48,799 nt of DNA from Deltaproteobacteria bacterium (lineage in GTDB: Bacteria; Myxococcota; JACRCW01): assembly GCA_016218805.1 (NCBI GenBank), contig JACRCW010000013.1:1-48799 (forward strand). Direction: 5' to 3'. The notes under the pieces are model-generated. The model saw nothing but the letters and a program-made list of their open reading frames with translations, had not been told where the DNA came from and did no database searches. Both the position numbers and the translations under genes were made by a program. Below, piece by piece: positions 24,959 through 34,043 of the stretch (position 1 is its first letter; the number at the start of each line of letters is the position of its first letter).

Positions 24959-27295
24959 CTACCCGCGCCGGGATCGAGGGGCAACCTTCCGGCTTGCCGT
25001 CGTGAACCGGCCCGTGACGCGGCGCGCCAGCCAGGTCCCGGCCAGCAGCGTGGCCCCCCAGGGCGCGTCGGGGTCAGCGCGGTTGGATCCCGGGCAGGCG
25101 CAGGAGGCCAGGTCCGGCACCGGCAGCGACGACGGCGGCCGGCGCCCGTGCCGCTCCAGCAGCGCCAGGTACAGCGCGGCCGACGCCGCGGCGCCGGGGC
25201 AGCCCGCGCGCGGGAGCAGGCGGGGTCGTTCGCCCGTGATGAGGGGTGCGTGGGCCATGGCGGCGCCGGCCAGCGGTCCCAGGCGCTCCACCAGGCGGTC
25301 CAGCACCGCTTCCGCGCGCGCGCGGCGGTCATCATCCCTGCGCGAGGCCACCAGCAGCTGCCAGGCCACCAGCGGGAACAGCGCCACGGTGTCACCCCGG
25401 CCCTCCAGCGCCGCTTCCGCGCGGGTCAGCGCGTGGTCCAGCAGCGCCTCCCGGAGCACCGGGTCGTCCCGCAACGCGCCCGCGTGCCCCAGCGCCAGCG
25501 CCAGCGCATGCAGCCGCATGGCGGCCGGATCAGCGGTGTGCAGCAGCGCGTCCACCCCGGCGGACACCTGCAGGGCACGCTCCTCCGCGGCGCGGGCGCG
25601 GTCCCCGTCACCCAGCGCGCGCATCAGCCCCGGGGCTTCACTGAGGGCCAGCAGCACGCTGGCCGCCTGCCACAGGTCCTGCACTGGCCCGTGCCGGTCC
25701 CACGAATCACCCGCGCACGGCAGACCCCTCGCGCTGTCATGGCAGGCCAGCAGCGCGTCCAGCGCGCGCGGGGCGGTGAGCCGGACGCCGCGCAGCCCGG
25801 AGGCCGGGTCCGCCAGCTCCACCGTGGTCAGCGCGCGCCCGGCGGTGCGGGCATCCGCGTACAGGCCCCAGGCCTGGCCATCCACGGGCAGCAGGCCAAA
25901 CGAGGCATCCTCCCCGTCGGTGTAGAATCCGCCCGCCGTGGTGCCGGCGCGGCCGGAGTCATCCGGGAACAGCCGCTGCCAGGCCCCCCAGCGCACCCGC
26001 CCGTCCACCGCACGCCCCAACTGGGCCGCCTGGCCCAGCGCCAGGTCCACCAGCGCGCCGTCGGTGGGCCGCGCCACGCCGCCAAACGGCTGCGTGTCCA
26101 CCCAGGCAACGGTGGCGCCCGTATCCCTGTCAGTCAGGGCCGCCAGGTTGATGAGCGCGCGCAGCGCGGCCGCGCGCGGGGCCGCCAGCTCCGTGTCCGG
26201 CAGGGCCACGTCGGGAAGGAGTGCGGAGGCCTCCTGTTCGGCGCGGTCCCGCGCCACCTGGATGGGCTCAGCCCGCGCGGCGGACAGCGTGGCCAGTGAC
26301 GCGGACGGCGTGGTCCCCAGCGCCACATAGAACGCCACTTCCGACACGCCGGAGGGCGCCAGCGCCGCCAGCACCGCCAGGGTGTGGTCCCCGCCCCACA
26401 GCCCGTTGCCGGACAGGGCGCCGTCCGCAACGTCCGCCCAGGCATCACGCGGGCGCAGGATGCCGGCGCCGTCATCCGAGGCGCCGACGTGGATCTGCGC
26501 GCTGCGGTCCGATCCCAGCGCCAGAGCCACGGCGCCCAGCGCGTCCATGCCGTCCAGCAGCGTCGGCCCGGCCGTCTGTGTGCCCGCCGCGGCGCGCAGG
26601 ATCTCCGCCGCCCGGGTGCGGTGCCACGGCGCCGGCGCCACGGACACCACCGCGCGCGCGTCCGGCGCCACCGCGGCCGCAAATCCATTGGGCTCCGCGG
26701 CATCCGGGTTGTCATTGACCACGTCATCCACCGGCCAGCCCGGCGTGCGGTGGGCGTGGGGCGCCGGGTGCGCCAGCAGGAACGCCGCCACGCTGGTGGA
26801 CGGGCGCAGCGGGGTCACCTCCAGGCGCAGCAGCAGCACGTCCCGCGCGGGGTCCACCCAGGCCTCCTGCAGCAGCTCCACGTCGTCGTTGCGCACCCGC
26901 AGGCACACCACGGGCGAAGTATCCGACCGCCACACGGCCTCCGCCCGCGTCCACGCAGCATCGTCCAGCGTCCAGGCGCGCGTGCCCATGGCGTCGGAAA
27001 CCACCACCCCCGCCACCATGCCATCCGTACGCGCGGCGCCCAGCCGGGGAAGCGCCCGCGGGTCCGCGCCCGCCGCGGAACCGCGCGCCGTGACGTGGCG
27101 GAGCTGGTCAAAGTGCCCCGGCGTGGGCCAGCGAAGCGCGGTGAACGCACCGTCGGCGGCCAGGCTCACCGCCAGGTGACCGTTGCCCAGCAGCGCTTCG
27201 CCGCGGGAGGGGCCGTCACGGCGCTCCAGTGCATCTGGCGCAACCTGCCCCAGCAGGCCCAGCGCCAGCGCTGCGGCGGGGACCCACCCCGTCAT
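24959..27295 (-). CDS. GH15 (glucoamylase/glucodextranase)-like exported protein with MYXO-CTERM-like tail
   Basis: N-terminal LLGNG.L...L...G....LRWP beta-sandwich; GATVA...QPF...RPTDG resembles GH15 GAIVA...YxWxRDG; tail SCAC...W.ATLLAGTWLARR. Confidence 0.6.
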   Translation of the reverse strand: MTGWVPAAALALGLLGQVAPDALERRDGPSRGEALLGNGHLAVSLAADGAFTALRWPTPGHFDQLRHVTARGSAAGADPRALPRLGAARTDGMVAGVVVSDAMGTRAWTLDDAAWTRAEAVWRSDTSPVVCLRVRNDDVELLQEAWVDPARDVLLLRLEVTPLRPSTSVAAFLLAHPAPHAHRTPGWPVDDVVNDNPDAAEPNGFAAAVAPDARAVVSVAPAPWHRTRAAEILRAAAGTQTAGPTLLDGMDALGAVALALGSDRSAQIHVGASDDGAGILRPRDAWADVADGALSGNGLWGGDHTLAVLAALAPSGVSEVAFYVALGTTPSASLATLSAARAEPIQVARDRAEQEASALLPDVALPDTELAAPRAAALRALINLAALTDRDTGATVAWVDTQPFGGVARPTDGALVDLALGQAAQLGRAVDGRVRWGAWQRLFPDDSGRAGTTAGGFYTDGEDASFGLLPVDGQAWGLYADARTAGRALTTVELADPASGLRGVRLTAPRALDALLACHDSARGLPCAGDSWDRHGPVQDLWQAASVLLALSEAPGLMRALGDGDRARAAEERALQVSAGVDALLHTADPAAMRLHALALALGHAGALRDDPVLREALLDHALTRAEAALEGRGDTVALFPLVAWQLLVASRRDDDRRARAEAVLDRLVERLGPLAGAAMAHAPLITGERPRLLPRAGCPGAAASAALYLALLERHGRRPPSSLPVPDLASCACPGSNRADPDAPWGATLLAGTWLARRVTGRFTTASRKVAPRSRRG

Positions 27296-27945
27296 GCCGC
27301 CCCCAGCAGGCCCAGCACGCGCTCCGCCACGCCGGACAGCGTCTGCTCCAGAGCAATCCCCCGCCCGGCCAGCCCCGCCCCGCGGTCCATCCCGTGCGCC
27401 ACCCCCACAAACCGCGCCCCAAAAGCCAACGCCGTCTCCAGGTCCACCACGCTGTCACCCACCATCACCGTTGACGACGGCCCCGCCGGGGCCACCGCCG
27501 CCGCCAGCATCTGCGGCGCCGGCTTGTGGGGTACGCCCTCCGTGGCGCCGCGGATGCGTTCCAACAGCGGCGCCAGCCCCAGCAGTTCCAGCACGCGCAC
27601 GGAGACTTCGTGGGGCTTGTTGGTGACCACCACGCGGCGCACACCGCGCTCTCCCAGCCGCCGCAGCGCGTCCGCCGCGCCCGGGTACACCGAAGACGAC
27701 ACCACCGGACGCTCCAGGTACCGCCGCCGGAAGCCGGCCAGCACCTGCGCGGCCACGTCATCTCCGGCGCCCTGGGTCACGCGCTGCACCAGGTTGGCGG
27801 CGCCGCGGCCAATGAAGGGCCGGATGGTCTCCTCCGGCAGTGGCGCGCGCCCGGCGTCAGACAGCGCGCCGTTGACGTGCAGACAGATGTCCGCCGCCGT
27901 GTCCACCAGCGTGCCGTCCAGGTCAAACGCGGCGACGCCGGCCAC
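27292..27945 (-). CDS. HAD-superfamily hydrolase (phosphoglycolate phosphatase-like)
   Basis: FDLDGTLVDT, VVTNKP, KPAP, MVGDS..D motifs. Confidence 0.9.
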   Translation of the reverse strand: MAGVAAFDLDGTLVDTAADICLHVNGALSDAGRAPLPEETIRPFIGRGAANLVQRVTQGAGDDVAAQVLAGFRRRYLERPVVSSSVYPGAADALRRLGERGVRRVVVTNKPHEVSVRVLELLGLAPLLERIRGATEGVPHKPAPQMLAAAVAPAGPSSTVMVGDSVVDLETALAFGARFVGVAHGMDRGAGLAGRGIALEQTLSGVAERVLGLLGAA

Positions 27946-27954
27946 AGTGATGCC

Positions 27955-28845
27955 TCAGGTGCAGTCGCTGTTGCCTGCGGACAGCGGGCTGCACTTGCAG
28001 ACCTTCATGGTCTGGCCCACCCGTGTCAGGCGTGGCGCGCTCACGTCAGATTTGAAGATGATCTTGTTGTCCAGGAAGCCGGACGCATCCTTCTGGGCGC
28101 CCTGCCGCCATGGGCCAATGCTTTCGCTCACCTGACAGACGAACCCAAGCGGGTGGTAGTACAGTTGCACGACGTGCAGATAGGTCGGCTCGGATGGCTC
28201 CAGGAAGCCCGCACGCATCTTCCGCTCCGCCTGGCTCACGTCAAAGTCGGGCTCGGAATCCAGCGTGCGCACAAACTCCTGGAAACGGTTGGCCGCCAGG
28301 TCCCACTTGGTGAAGTCAAAGAACGGGTAGCTGGTGGCGGTGGGCGCGGCGGTAAACGCCTCCGTGGTGTCAAAGCTGCGGACCGCCGCCGGATTGAGGC
28401 GCGCGCCCAACTGCTGGTCCCACGGGCCGTACTTGGTGAACCACAGCTTGGAAAGCGACTGAAACGCGGTGCCGTCATCACCCTTCTTGTCGGCGACCTC
28501 CCAGTAATACTCGGCGGAGACCTTCCAGGAGTTACTGGAATCGTCCAGCGTCGCGCCGGGCGCCTTCACCGTGTATTCGGAATTCCACACAACACTCTGC
28601 TCGGTGATGCCCTGGCACTCCGCCATGGGCTCCAGGGTCTCGTTGCAGTAGGTGACGTTGTTGACGGCGTACCGCAGGTTGTCACCCGGCTTGAGGGGGA
28701 ACTCGGGGGGCGGCGGGTCGTGGCCCGCGTCCTCGGGCGGCGGGTTGCCGGCGTCCGGGATGAGGCCCAGGACGTCGCGGTTGCACTCGCAACCCACCAG
28801 GGCAAGGCCAACCAGGGACGGGACGAGGAGGCGACGCGGATTCAT
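27955..28845 (-). CDS. hypothetical lipoprotein
   Basis: Lipobox LALVGC followed by ECN; typical coding codon bias; several paired Cys; start ATG 28845 or GTG 28848. Confidence 0.8.
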   Translation of the reverse strand: MNPRRLLVPSLVGLALVGCECNRDVLGLIPDAGNPPPEDAGHDPPPPEFPLKPGDNLRYAVNNVTYCNETLEPMAECQGITEQSVVWNSEYTVKAPGATLDDSSNSWKVSAEYYWEVADKKGDDGTAFQSLSKLWFTKYGPWDQQLGARLNPAAVRSFDTTEAFTAAPTATSYPFFDFTKWDLAANRFQEFVRTLDSEPDFDVSQAERKMRAGFLEPSEPTYLHVVQLYYHPLGFVCQVSESIGPWRQGAQKDASGFLDNKIIFKSDVSAPRLTRVGQTMKVCKCSPLSAGNSDCT

Positions 28846-28994
28846 CACGGCTTGCTCCGTCAGGGCACCGGGCTTCCCCGGCGCGGACGCCGCACGCTAG
28901 CCGCTCCCCGCCCGGCCTCCAAACCGCTCCCGCCCACCGCGCCGCTGTGCCATGCTCACGGTGTCCCCAACGCGGGACGGGTGGGGTCATCATC

Positions 28995-29804
28995 GTGGGC
29001 GTCGCGGTCTTCCGCAGCATGCTGGGACTGTTGGCCACCGCCGCGTGGGCCACGCTGGCGCTGCTGCTCCGGCCGTTCTTCCGCCGCAGCGTGGCGGTCC
29101 TGCAGCCGCTCTGGGCCCGGACCGTGCTGCGCCTGGCAGGCGTCCGCGTGTCCGTCCACCCGCGTGCTCCGGTGCACGGACCCGTGGTGTACGCGGCCAA
29201 CCACCAGAGCGGCCTGGACATCCTGGTCCTCATTGGCTGCATGCCGGACAGCGTGCGGTTTGTGGCCAAGCGGGAGATGGCCAACGCGCCCTTCACGGGC
29301 TGGTGCATGCGCGCGGCGGATTACGTGTTCATTGACCGGTCCAACAGCGCGCGGGCCATTGAGAGCCTCAAGGCGGCGGCTGCGGACCTCCGGAGCGGCG
29401 GCCGCAGCCTGGTCATGTTCCCGGAAGGCACTCGCTACCACCCGGGCGAACTGGGGCCGTTCAAGATGGGCGCGTTCCATCTGGCGCTGCAGGCGGGAGT
29501 TCCGCTGGTCCCGGTGGGGCTGCGTGGCACCGGGGACCTGATGGAGCGGCGTAGCCTGATGTGCCGGGCAGGCAGCGTGGAACTGCACGTGGGTGAACCC
29601 GTGGACCCGGCGGCCTGGGTGGGACGGGAGAAGGAGCTGCGGGACCACGTCCGCCGGCAGGTGCGTGAACTGGCCGGCCCCACGGCGGCGCGGGACGCCT
29701 CCCAGGCGGCGGTGGCGGACGCGCGGGCGGAACGGCCGGAGCGGCGCGGCAGCGCCCAACGGGTGCACGGAGGGGTGAAAGACCGGCAGGGTTGGGTGCA
29801 GTGA
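28995..29804 (+). CDS. plsC: 1-acyl-sn-glycerol-3-phosphate acyltransferase (PlsC family)
   Basis: NHQSGLD (HX4D), FVAKRE, FIDRSN, FPEGTR, FKMGAF; start uncertain (GTG 28995 or ATG 29019). Confidence 0.85.
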   Translation: MGVAVFRSMLGLLATAAWATLALLLRPFFRRSVAVLQPLWARTVLRLAGVRVSVHPRAPVHGPVVYAANHQSGLDILVLIGCMPDSVRFVAKREMANAPFTGWCMRAADYVFIDRSNSARAIESLKAAAADLRSGGRSLVMFPEGTRYHPGELGPFKMGAFHLALQAGVPLVPVGLRGTGDLMERRSLMCRAGSVELHVGEPVDPAAWVGREKELRDHVRRQVRELAGPTAARDASQAAVADARAERPERRGSAQRVHGGVKDRQGWVQ

Positions 29805-29823
29805 AGGTGGGGCCGCCGCGACG

Positions 29824-30366
29824 TCAAATCCGACGCAGTTCGGCGTCCGCCGCCTGAAGCGACGGGGGACAACAACCGGGCGCGTCCTGCCGGTGGGTGT
29901 GTAGCCGTCCGCCTGCCGCCACCGCCTCGTCCAACGCCCGCTGCCGCTCCCAACGCACTGGCCCGGCCTCCAACTCCTGCGTTTGGTGGTTGATGTGCCG
30001 CGCCCAGGTCTCGTGTTCCCACTTGGGGATGATGAATGCCTCCGGAGCGTTGGGCGGGCGCGGGGCGACCCTGCGCGTCACAAGTGCATCCTCCAGTTGC
30101 TGGCGCCGCTGTTGGACCGACAACTCATCAGCGTCTGTCATGGCAATGAAGCCTTTGATGAGGTGGCTGGCCTTCTTGGCACGGAACGCCCTCAGGTGGT
30201 CCGCAACATTGGCCGTGACCCATTGCTTCCCGGAGCCTTGCCCTTTGGGTGCGATGATCGTCTTGATCTCCCGCATGTCGACGCTGCGCGACTTGAGCCA
30301 CTGTTCGATCATCCGCGCCCCGGCGACATCCTCGGCGAGGATCCAGTAGCGCGCCGTTGTGGCCAT
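29824..30366 (-). CDS. TOPRIM-like (DUF4276/RloB-like) protein, partner of the ABC ATPase
   Basis: ILAED acidic strand, MTDAD DxD motif, IPKWEHETW; TGATG coupling to the ATPase. Confidence 0.65.
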   Translation of the reverse strand: MATTARYWILAEDVAGARMIEQWLKSRSVDMREIKTIIAPKGQGSGKQWVTANVADHLRAFRAKKASHLIKGFIAMTDADELSVQQRRQQLEDALVTRRVAPRPPNAPEAFIIPKWEHETWARHINHQTQELEAGPVRWERQRALDEAVAAGGRLHTHRQDAPGCCPPSLQAADAELRRI

Positions 30367-31460
30367 CACTCAATCCCAAGTTTCACGGCGTCCGCCGGCG
30401 CGATCCCCTCGTTGGGGTCCGGGCGCCGGATGGTGGACGGGCCAAGCCGGCTTCGCTCGATGATGAATCCATGCACAGCCCACAGCCTGTTGATCACCTC
30501 CGGATGGTGCGAGGCCACGATGACCTGGATGCGCCCCTTTTCGGTCGCCTCCTCCACCTTCATCAGCCACGGCTGGATCTCCGTCAGCGCGAGGAAGTTG
30601 TCGGGCTCATCAATGAGGAGCGTTGCGCCCTCTGGTGCGAATTCCAACAACGCATGCAGGGCGATGAGCGTCCGCTGTCCCTCGGAAAGCTCCTCCAGCG
30701 CAAACTCTGCCACCTTCCCGTCATCAAGCGTAAAGCGCGCAAAGAGGGCCTTGGTCTCCCGCCCCGCCTTGTCCAGGTTCAATGACACGAAACCGTCGAG
30801 AACGCCGCGCAACTCCTGATTGAGACGGGCCACCTTCTCCGAATCGCCACTGGCAGCGCGGTACCAGGAGACGAAGTTTGCCAGGCGCGGATCCGGTTCA
30901 TCCGCCTCCTTTTGGCTGTCGCTGCTCATGCCGAACGGATTGGGCTGGATGTGCCAAGCCCGCGCGAGCCAGTTCTTGAAGGCGGTCAGCTTCGTGTTGG
31001 AGGGGCCCTCCGGGATGGGTGACAGCGCTGAACGTGCGCGGTCGACCGACAAGCTCGGCCCGGCACTGCCGTCGTCATGGAACAGCTGTGCATGGCCCTC
31101 CGTACATTCAAACAGCCGCCCGCCTTGGACCTTCTCAAGCACCTCCCGCTGCACGAACGGATTGCCGCCCTTTACATGGTGGTCAATCTGGAGACGGTAG
31201 GACAGCAGTTCTCCTCCGATGTCCACCTCCAGCGCGTAGGTCTGGAGCGCTCGCCCTGTCCCGATGGAAAGGTGGGCTCCGGGGAAGACCCTGGTCGCAG
31301 TCTCGCCCTTGCAGACCAGCGAGCGCACCTTGCCCAGCGCCTCAAAGAGCGACGACTTTCCGGCGCCGTTGCGTCCTTCCAGAAGTGACAGCGGCGGTAC
31401 CGCGTCCCAGCTGAAGTTCACGAGGCCGCGGTCACCATCCACAAACAACTTCCGCAACAT
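30366..31460 (-). CDS. AAA_21-type soluble ABC ATPase
   Basis: GRNGAGKS Walker A, LSEGQR signature, LLIDEPDN Walker B, ASHHP H-loop; GGAGG RBS before ATG 31460; no TM segments. Confidence 0.88.
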   Translation of the reverse strand: MLRKLFVDGDRGLVNFSWDAVPPLSLLEGRNGAGKSSLFEALGKVRSLVCKGETATRVFPGAHLSIGTGRALQTYALEVDIGGELLSYRLQIDHHVKGGNPFVQREVLEKVQGGRLFECTEGHAQLFHDDGSAGPSLSVDRARSALSPIPEGPSNTKLTAFKNWLARAWHIQPNPFGMSSDSQKEADEPDPRLANFVSWYRAASGDSEKVARLNQELRGVLDGFVSLNLDKAGRETKALFARFTLDDGKVAEFALEELSEGQRTLIALHALLEFAPEGATLLIDEPDNFLALTEIQPWLMKVEEATEKGRIQVIVASHHPEVINRLWAVHGFIIERSRLGPSTIRRPDPNEGIAPADAVKLGIE

Positions 31461-31920
31461 GGATGCCTCCACTCCTGCACTCCGCGGTGTTGCCTGGGGA
31501 ACGTGCCCCACGCAACGGCCGCGGGCGGTTGCCGGCCACGCCGGGAGGCAAACGGGGCCACCGGCAGTTGGGCAGGGAGGTCGCGCGTTTCCGGGCGGGT
31601 AGCAACATCCAACCGTGGGCGCCTGACTCCCGCCGGGAAAAGCGCCGCCGGGCGGGCCTTGAGCGGTTCAAAGGCTCGCTTCCAGGGATTGGCGGGTTTC
31701 GACGGCCTTTGTCGTCATGACCGGACCTTGCGATGGTCACTTCCATCGCGTCAAGGGCGGGTAGCCGCGACGAAACCCGCCGTTCATTGGTCCACCGGCG
31801 GGCGTCACGTCGCCAGGCGATGCGCACAGCTCGCCGCCGGGCGGGGTGAATCAGCCCTTCGCTGCCAAGCCCCGGGCTTTGACAGCGGCAGCCGCCGGCC
31901 AACGGTGATACGAAGGCCGC

Positions 31921-34029
31921 ATGGCTGAGAAGATCGTGCTGGCGGAAGACACGGGGCCGCTCCGCGAGGGGCTGACGCAGGTGCTGACGGATGCTGGCTA
32001 CCAGGTGACCGCCGTGGGTGACGGCGTGTCCGCGGAGGCGGCGGTGACTGCAGGCGCGGACCTGCTGGTGACGGACCTGCTGCTCCCCAAGAAGCAGGGG
32101 TTCGCCCTGGTGGAGGGGCTGCGCGGCGCGGGGTCACGCATCCCGGTGGTGATGATCACCGGCGTGTTCAAGACCGCCGCGCAGATGAAGGACGCCAAGG
32201 ACCGCCTCAACGTCAAGGAGTACCTGCTCAAACCGTTTGAAGCGGACGTGTTCCTGGCCGCCGTGGAGTCTGCGCTGGGCAAACCGCCGCGGGTGGTGGC
32301 GGTGCAGACGCAGACCGCGGTGAGCCAGGAGCCGCTGCCGGACAAGGGACACTGTGGTGACTTTCCGGCCGCGCTGCTGATGTTCCGCGCTCAGAACGAG
32401 CGCCACACCGGTGTGCTGGACCTGGGCAGCGACAAGGAGCGCCTCAGGGTGTTCTTCTACAAGGGCCAGGTGGCCATGGCGCAGTCCAACAAGGACGGCC
32501 TGCACGTCGCCAACGAGCTGATCAAGATGGGTCAGGTTTCCGCGCAGGGCCTCCAGCTGGCCCTGCAGGCCATGCAACGGGACAGCTGCGGCCTGCACAA
32601 GGCGCTGCTCAATGAGTCCCTGGTGGACGAGGCCACCGCCAAGGAGGCCTACAAGACGCTGGTGCCGCGGGTGCTGATGGATGCTGCGGCGTTCCAGGGG
32701 CGGTTCAAGTGGACGGCCACGGAGGGGTTCGCCAAGCTGATTCCCTCCGTCAGCGTGCCGGCACTCCCGGTGCTGTTTGACGCGTTCAAGGCCATGGACG
32801 CGGGGCTGCTGGAGGCGCTGCTGGAGAAGAAGAAGAGTTCGCGGCTGGCGCGCGGTCCCAACTTTGACCGCTACGGTCCCGGCATTGAAGGCACGCTGGG
32901 CCCCGAAGTGGGACGCGCCATCAACGGCCGCGCGCGCCTGCTGCAGATTGTGGGTGCGGCCACCACGCCGGAACAGCGCAAGGCGCGCCTGGCGCAGGCC
33001 TTCGCGCTGTTGTGCACGCAGGCTGCCCTGGCCGTGGACGAGGGTTCCCCGGCGGCCGCGCCCGGCGCCGCCGTGGTAGCGCCCCCGCACACGCCCGCCC
33101 CCGTTGCCGCACCCGCGGAGGTGTCCACCCCCGGCACCCTCCCGCCCATGCACCGGGCCCCCCAGGCCAGCCAGAGCAGCGTGGCGGTGCCGCGGGTGGC
33201 CATGGCCCAGGCCGCTGCCGCCGCAGCGTCCGCCACCGCGTCCGCGGTGCCGGCGGCCCCGGCGCGGCCCCCCGCCAACGTCCCGCCTGAGCTGCAGGCC
33301 ATCCTGGCGGAGGTGGAGCAGCGCTACACCGGGATGAAGGACGCCACGCACTTTGAGGTGCTGGGGGTCAAGCAGACGGATGACCCGGCCACGGTGAAGA
33401 AGGCGTATTTTGCGCTGGCCTCCAAGTTCCACGCGGACAAGTTCAGCGGGGTGGAGCTGGGCCTCATGCGCGAGAAGTTGGACGCGGTGTTTGCCCGGCT
33501 GAGCGAGGCCAACGAGACCCTGTCCAAGCCGGACAAGCGCGCGGAGTACGAGACCGCGCTGAAGATGCAGGCCGCCGGTGCACAGACCAATATTGCGGCC
33601 ATCTTTGAGGCGGAGAGCCAGTTCACCAAGGGCGAGACGGTGCTGCTGCGGGGTGACTTCAACGCCTCCAAGAAGCTGTTTGACCGCGCCATGGAACTGG
33701 ATGCCAAGGACCTCTACCGCGCCTACCAGCTGTTTGCCGGGTTCTGTGCGGCGGGGCGGCCCAAGGCGTCCGCGGCGGGCCTCATCACGGAGTTGGAGCG
33801 TCTGGCGGAACTTGCCGCCATCCCGCGTGTCAATGAGTTCCTGGGCCACGTGGCCAAGGCGGGCGAAAACTGGATGGCGGCCAAGAAGTACTTCAGCCGC
33901 GTGGCTGAGGACCCGCAGGGCAACAAGGCGGTGGCCGTCCGCGAATTGCAGCTCATTGACACCAAGCTGAAAGACGCCGCCAAGGGAGAAAAGGGCGGCA
34001 TGTTTGGCAAGATGTTCAACAAGAGCTGA
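31921..34029 (+). CDS. response regulator receiver + DUF4388-like + J-domain + TPR protein
   Basis: VLAED...DLLVTDLLLP...MITG...LLKPF receiver; TGVLDL..RVFFYKGQV DUF4388-like region; HFEVLGV...VKKAYFALASKFHADK J-domain with HPD changed to HAD. Confidence 0.85.
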   Translation: MAEKIVLAEDTGPLREGLTQVLTDAGYQVTAVGDGVSAEAAVTAGADLLVTDLLLPKKQGFALVEGLRGAGSRIPVVMITGVFKTAAQMKDAKDRLNVKEYLLKPFEADVFLAAVESALGKPPRVVAVQTQTAVSQEPLPDKGHCGDFPAALLMFRAQNERHTGVLDLGSDKERLRVFFYKGQVAMAQSNKDGLHVANELIKMGQVSAQGLQLALQAMQRDSCGLHKALLNESLVDEATAKEAYKTLVPRVLMDAAAFQGRFKWTATEGFAKLIPSVSVPALPVLFDAFKAMDAGLLEALLEKKKSSRLARGPNFDRYGPGIEGTLGPEVGRAINGRARLLQIVGAATTPEQRKARLAQAFALLCTQAALAVDEGSPAAAPGAAVVAPPHTPAPVAAPAEVSTPGTLPPMHRAPQASQSSVAVPRVAMAQAAAAAASATASAVPAAPARPPANVPPELQAILAEVEQRYTGMKDATHFEVLGVKQTDDPATVKKAYFALASKFHADKFSGVELGLMREKLDAVFARLSEANETLSKPDKRAEYETALKMQAAGAQTNIAAIFEAESQFTKGETVLLRGDFNASKKLFDRAMELDAKDLYRAYQLFAGFCAAGRPKASAAGLITELERLAELAAIPRVNEFLGHVAKAGENWMAAKKYFSRVAEDPQGNKAVAVRELQLIDTKLKDAAKGEKGGMFGKMFNKS

Positions 34030-34043
34030 CCCGACCCCACGCC

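Noticed and set aside
23409..25925. 838-aa plus-strand ORF
   Set aside because: Antisense shadow of three well-supported minus-strand genes; long stop-free frames are expected at this GC content
27526..29541. 671-aa plus-strand ORF
   Set aside because: Antisense to the HAD and lipoprotein genes and out of frame with plsC; no recognisable motifs
31461..31920. Long intergenic region as an ncRNA or IS remnant
   Set aside because: No recognisable RNA family motif, terminal inverted repeats, target duplication or transposase fragment; an Rfam search would settle it
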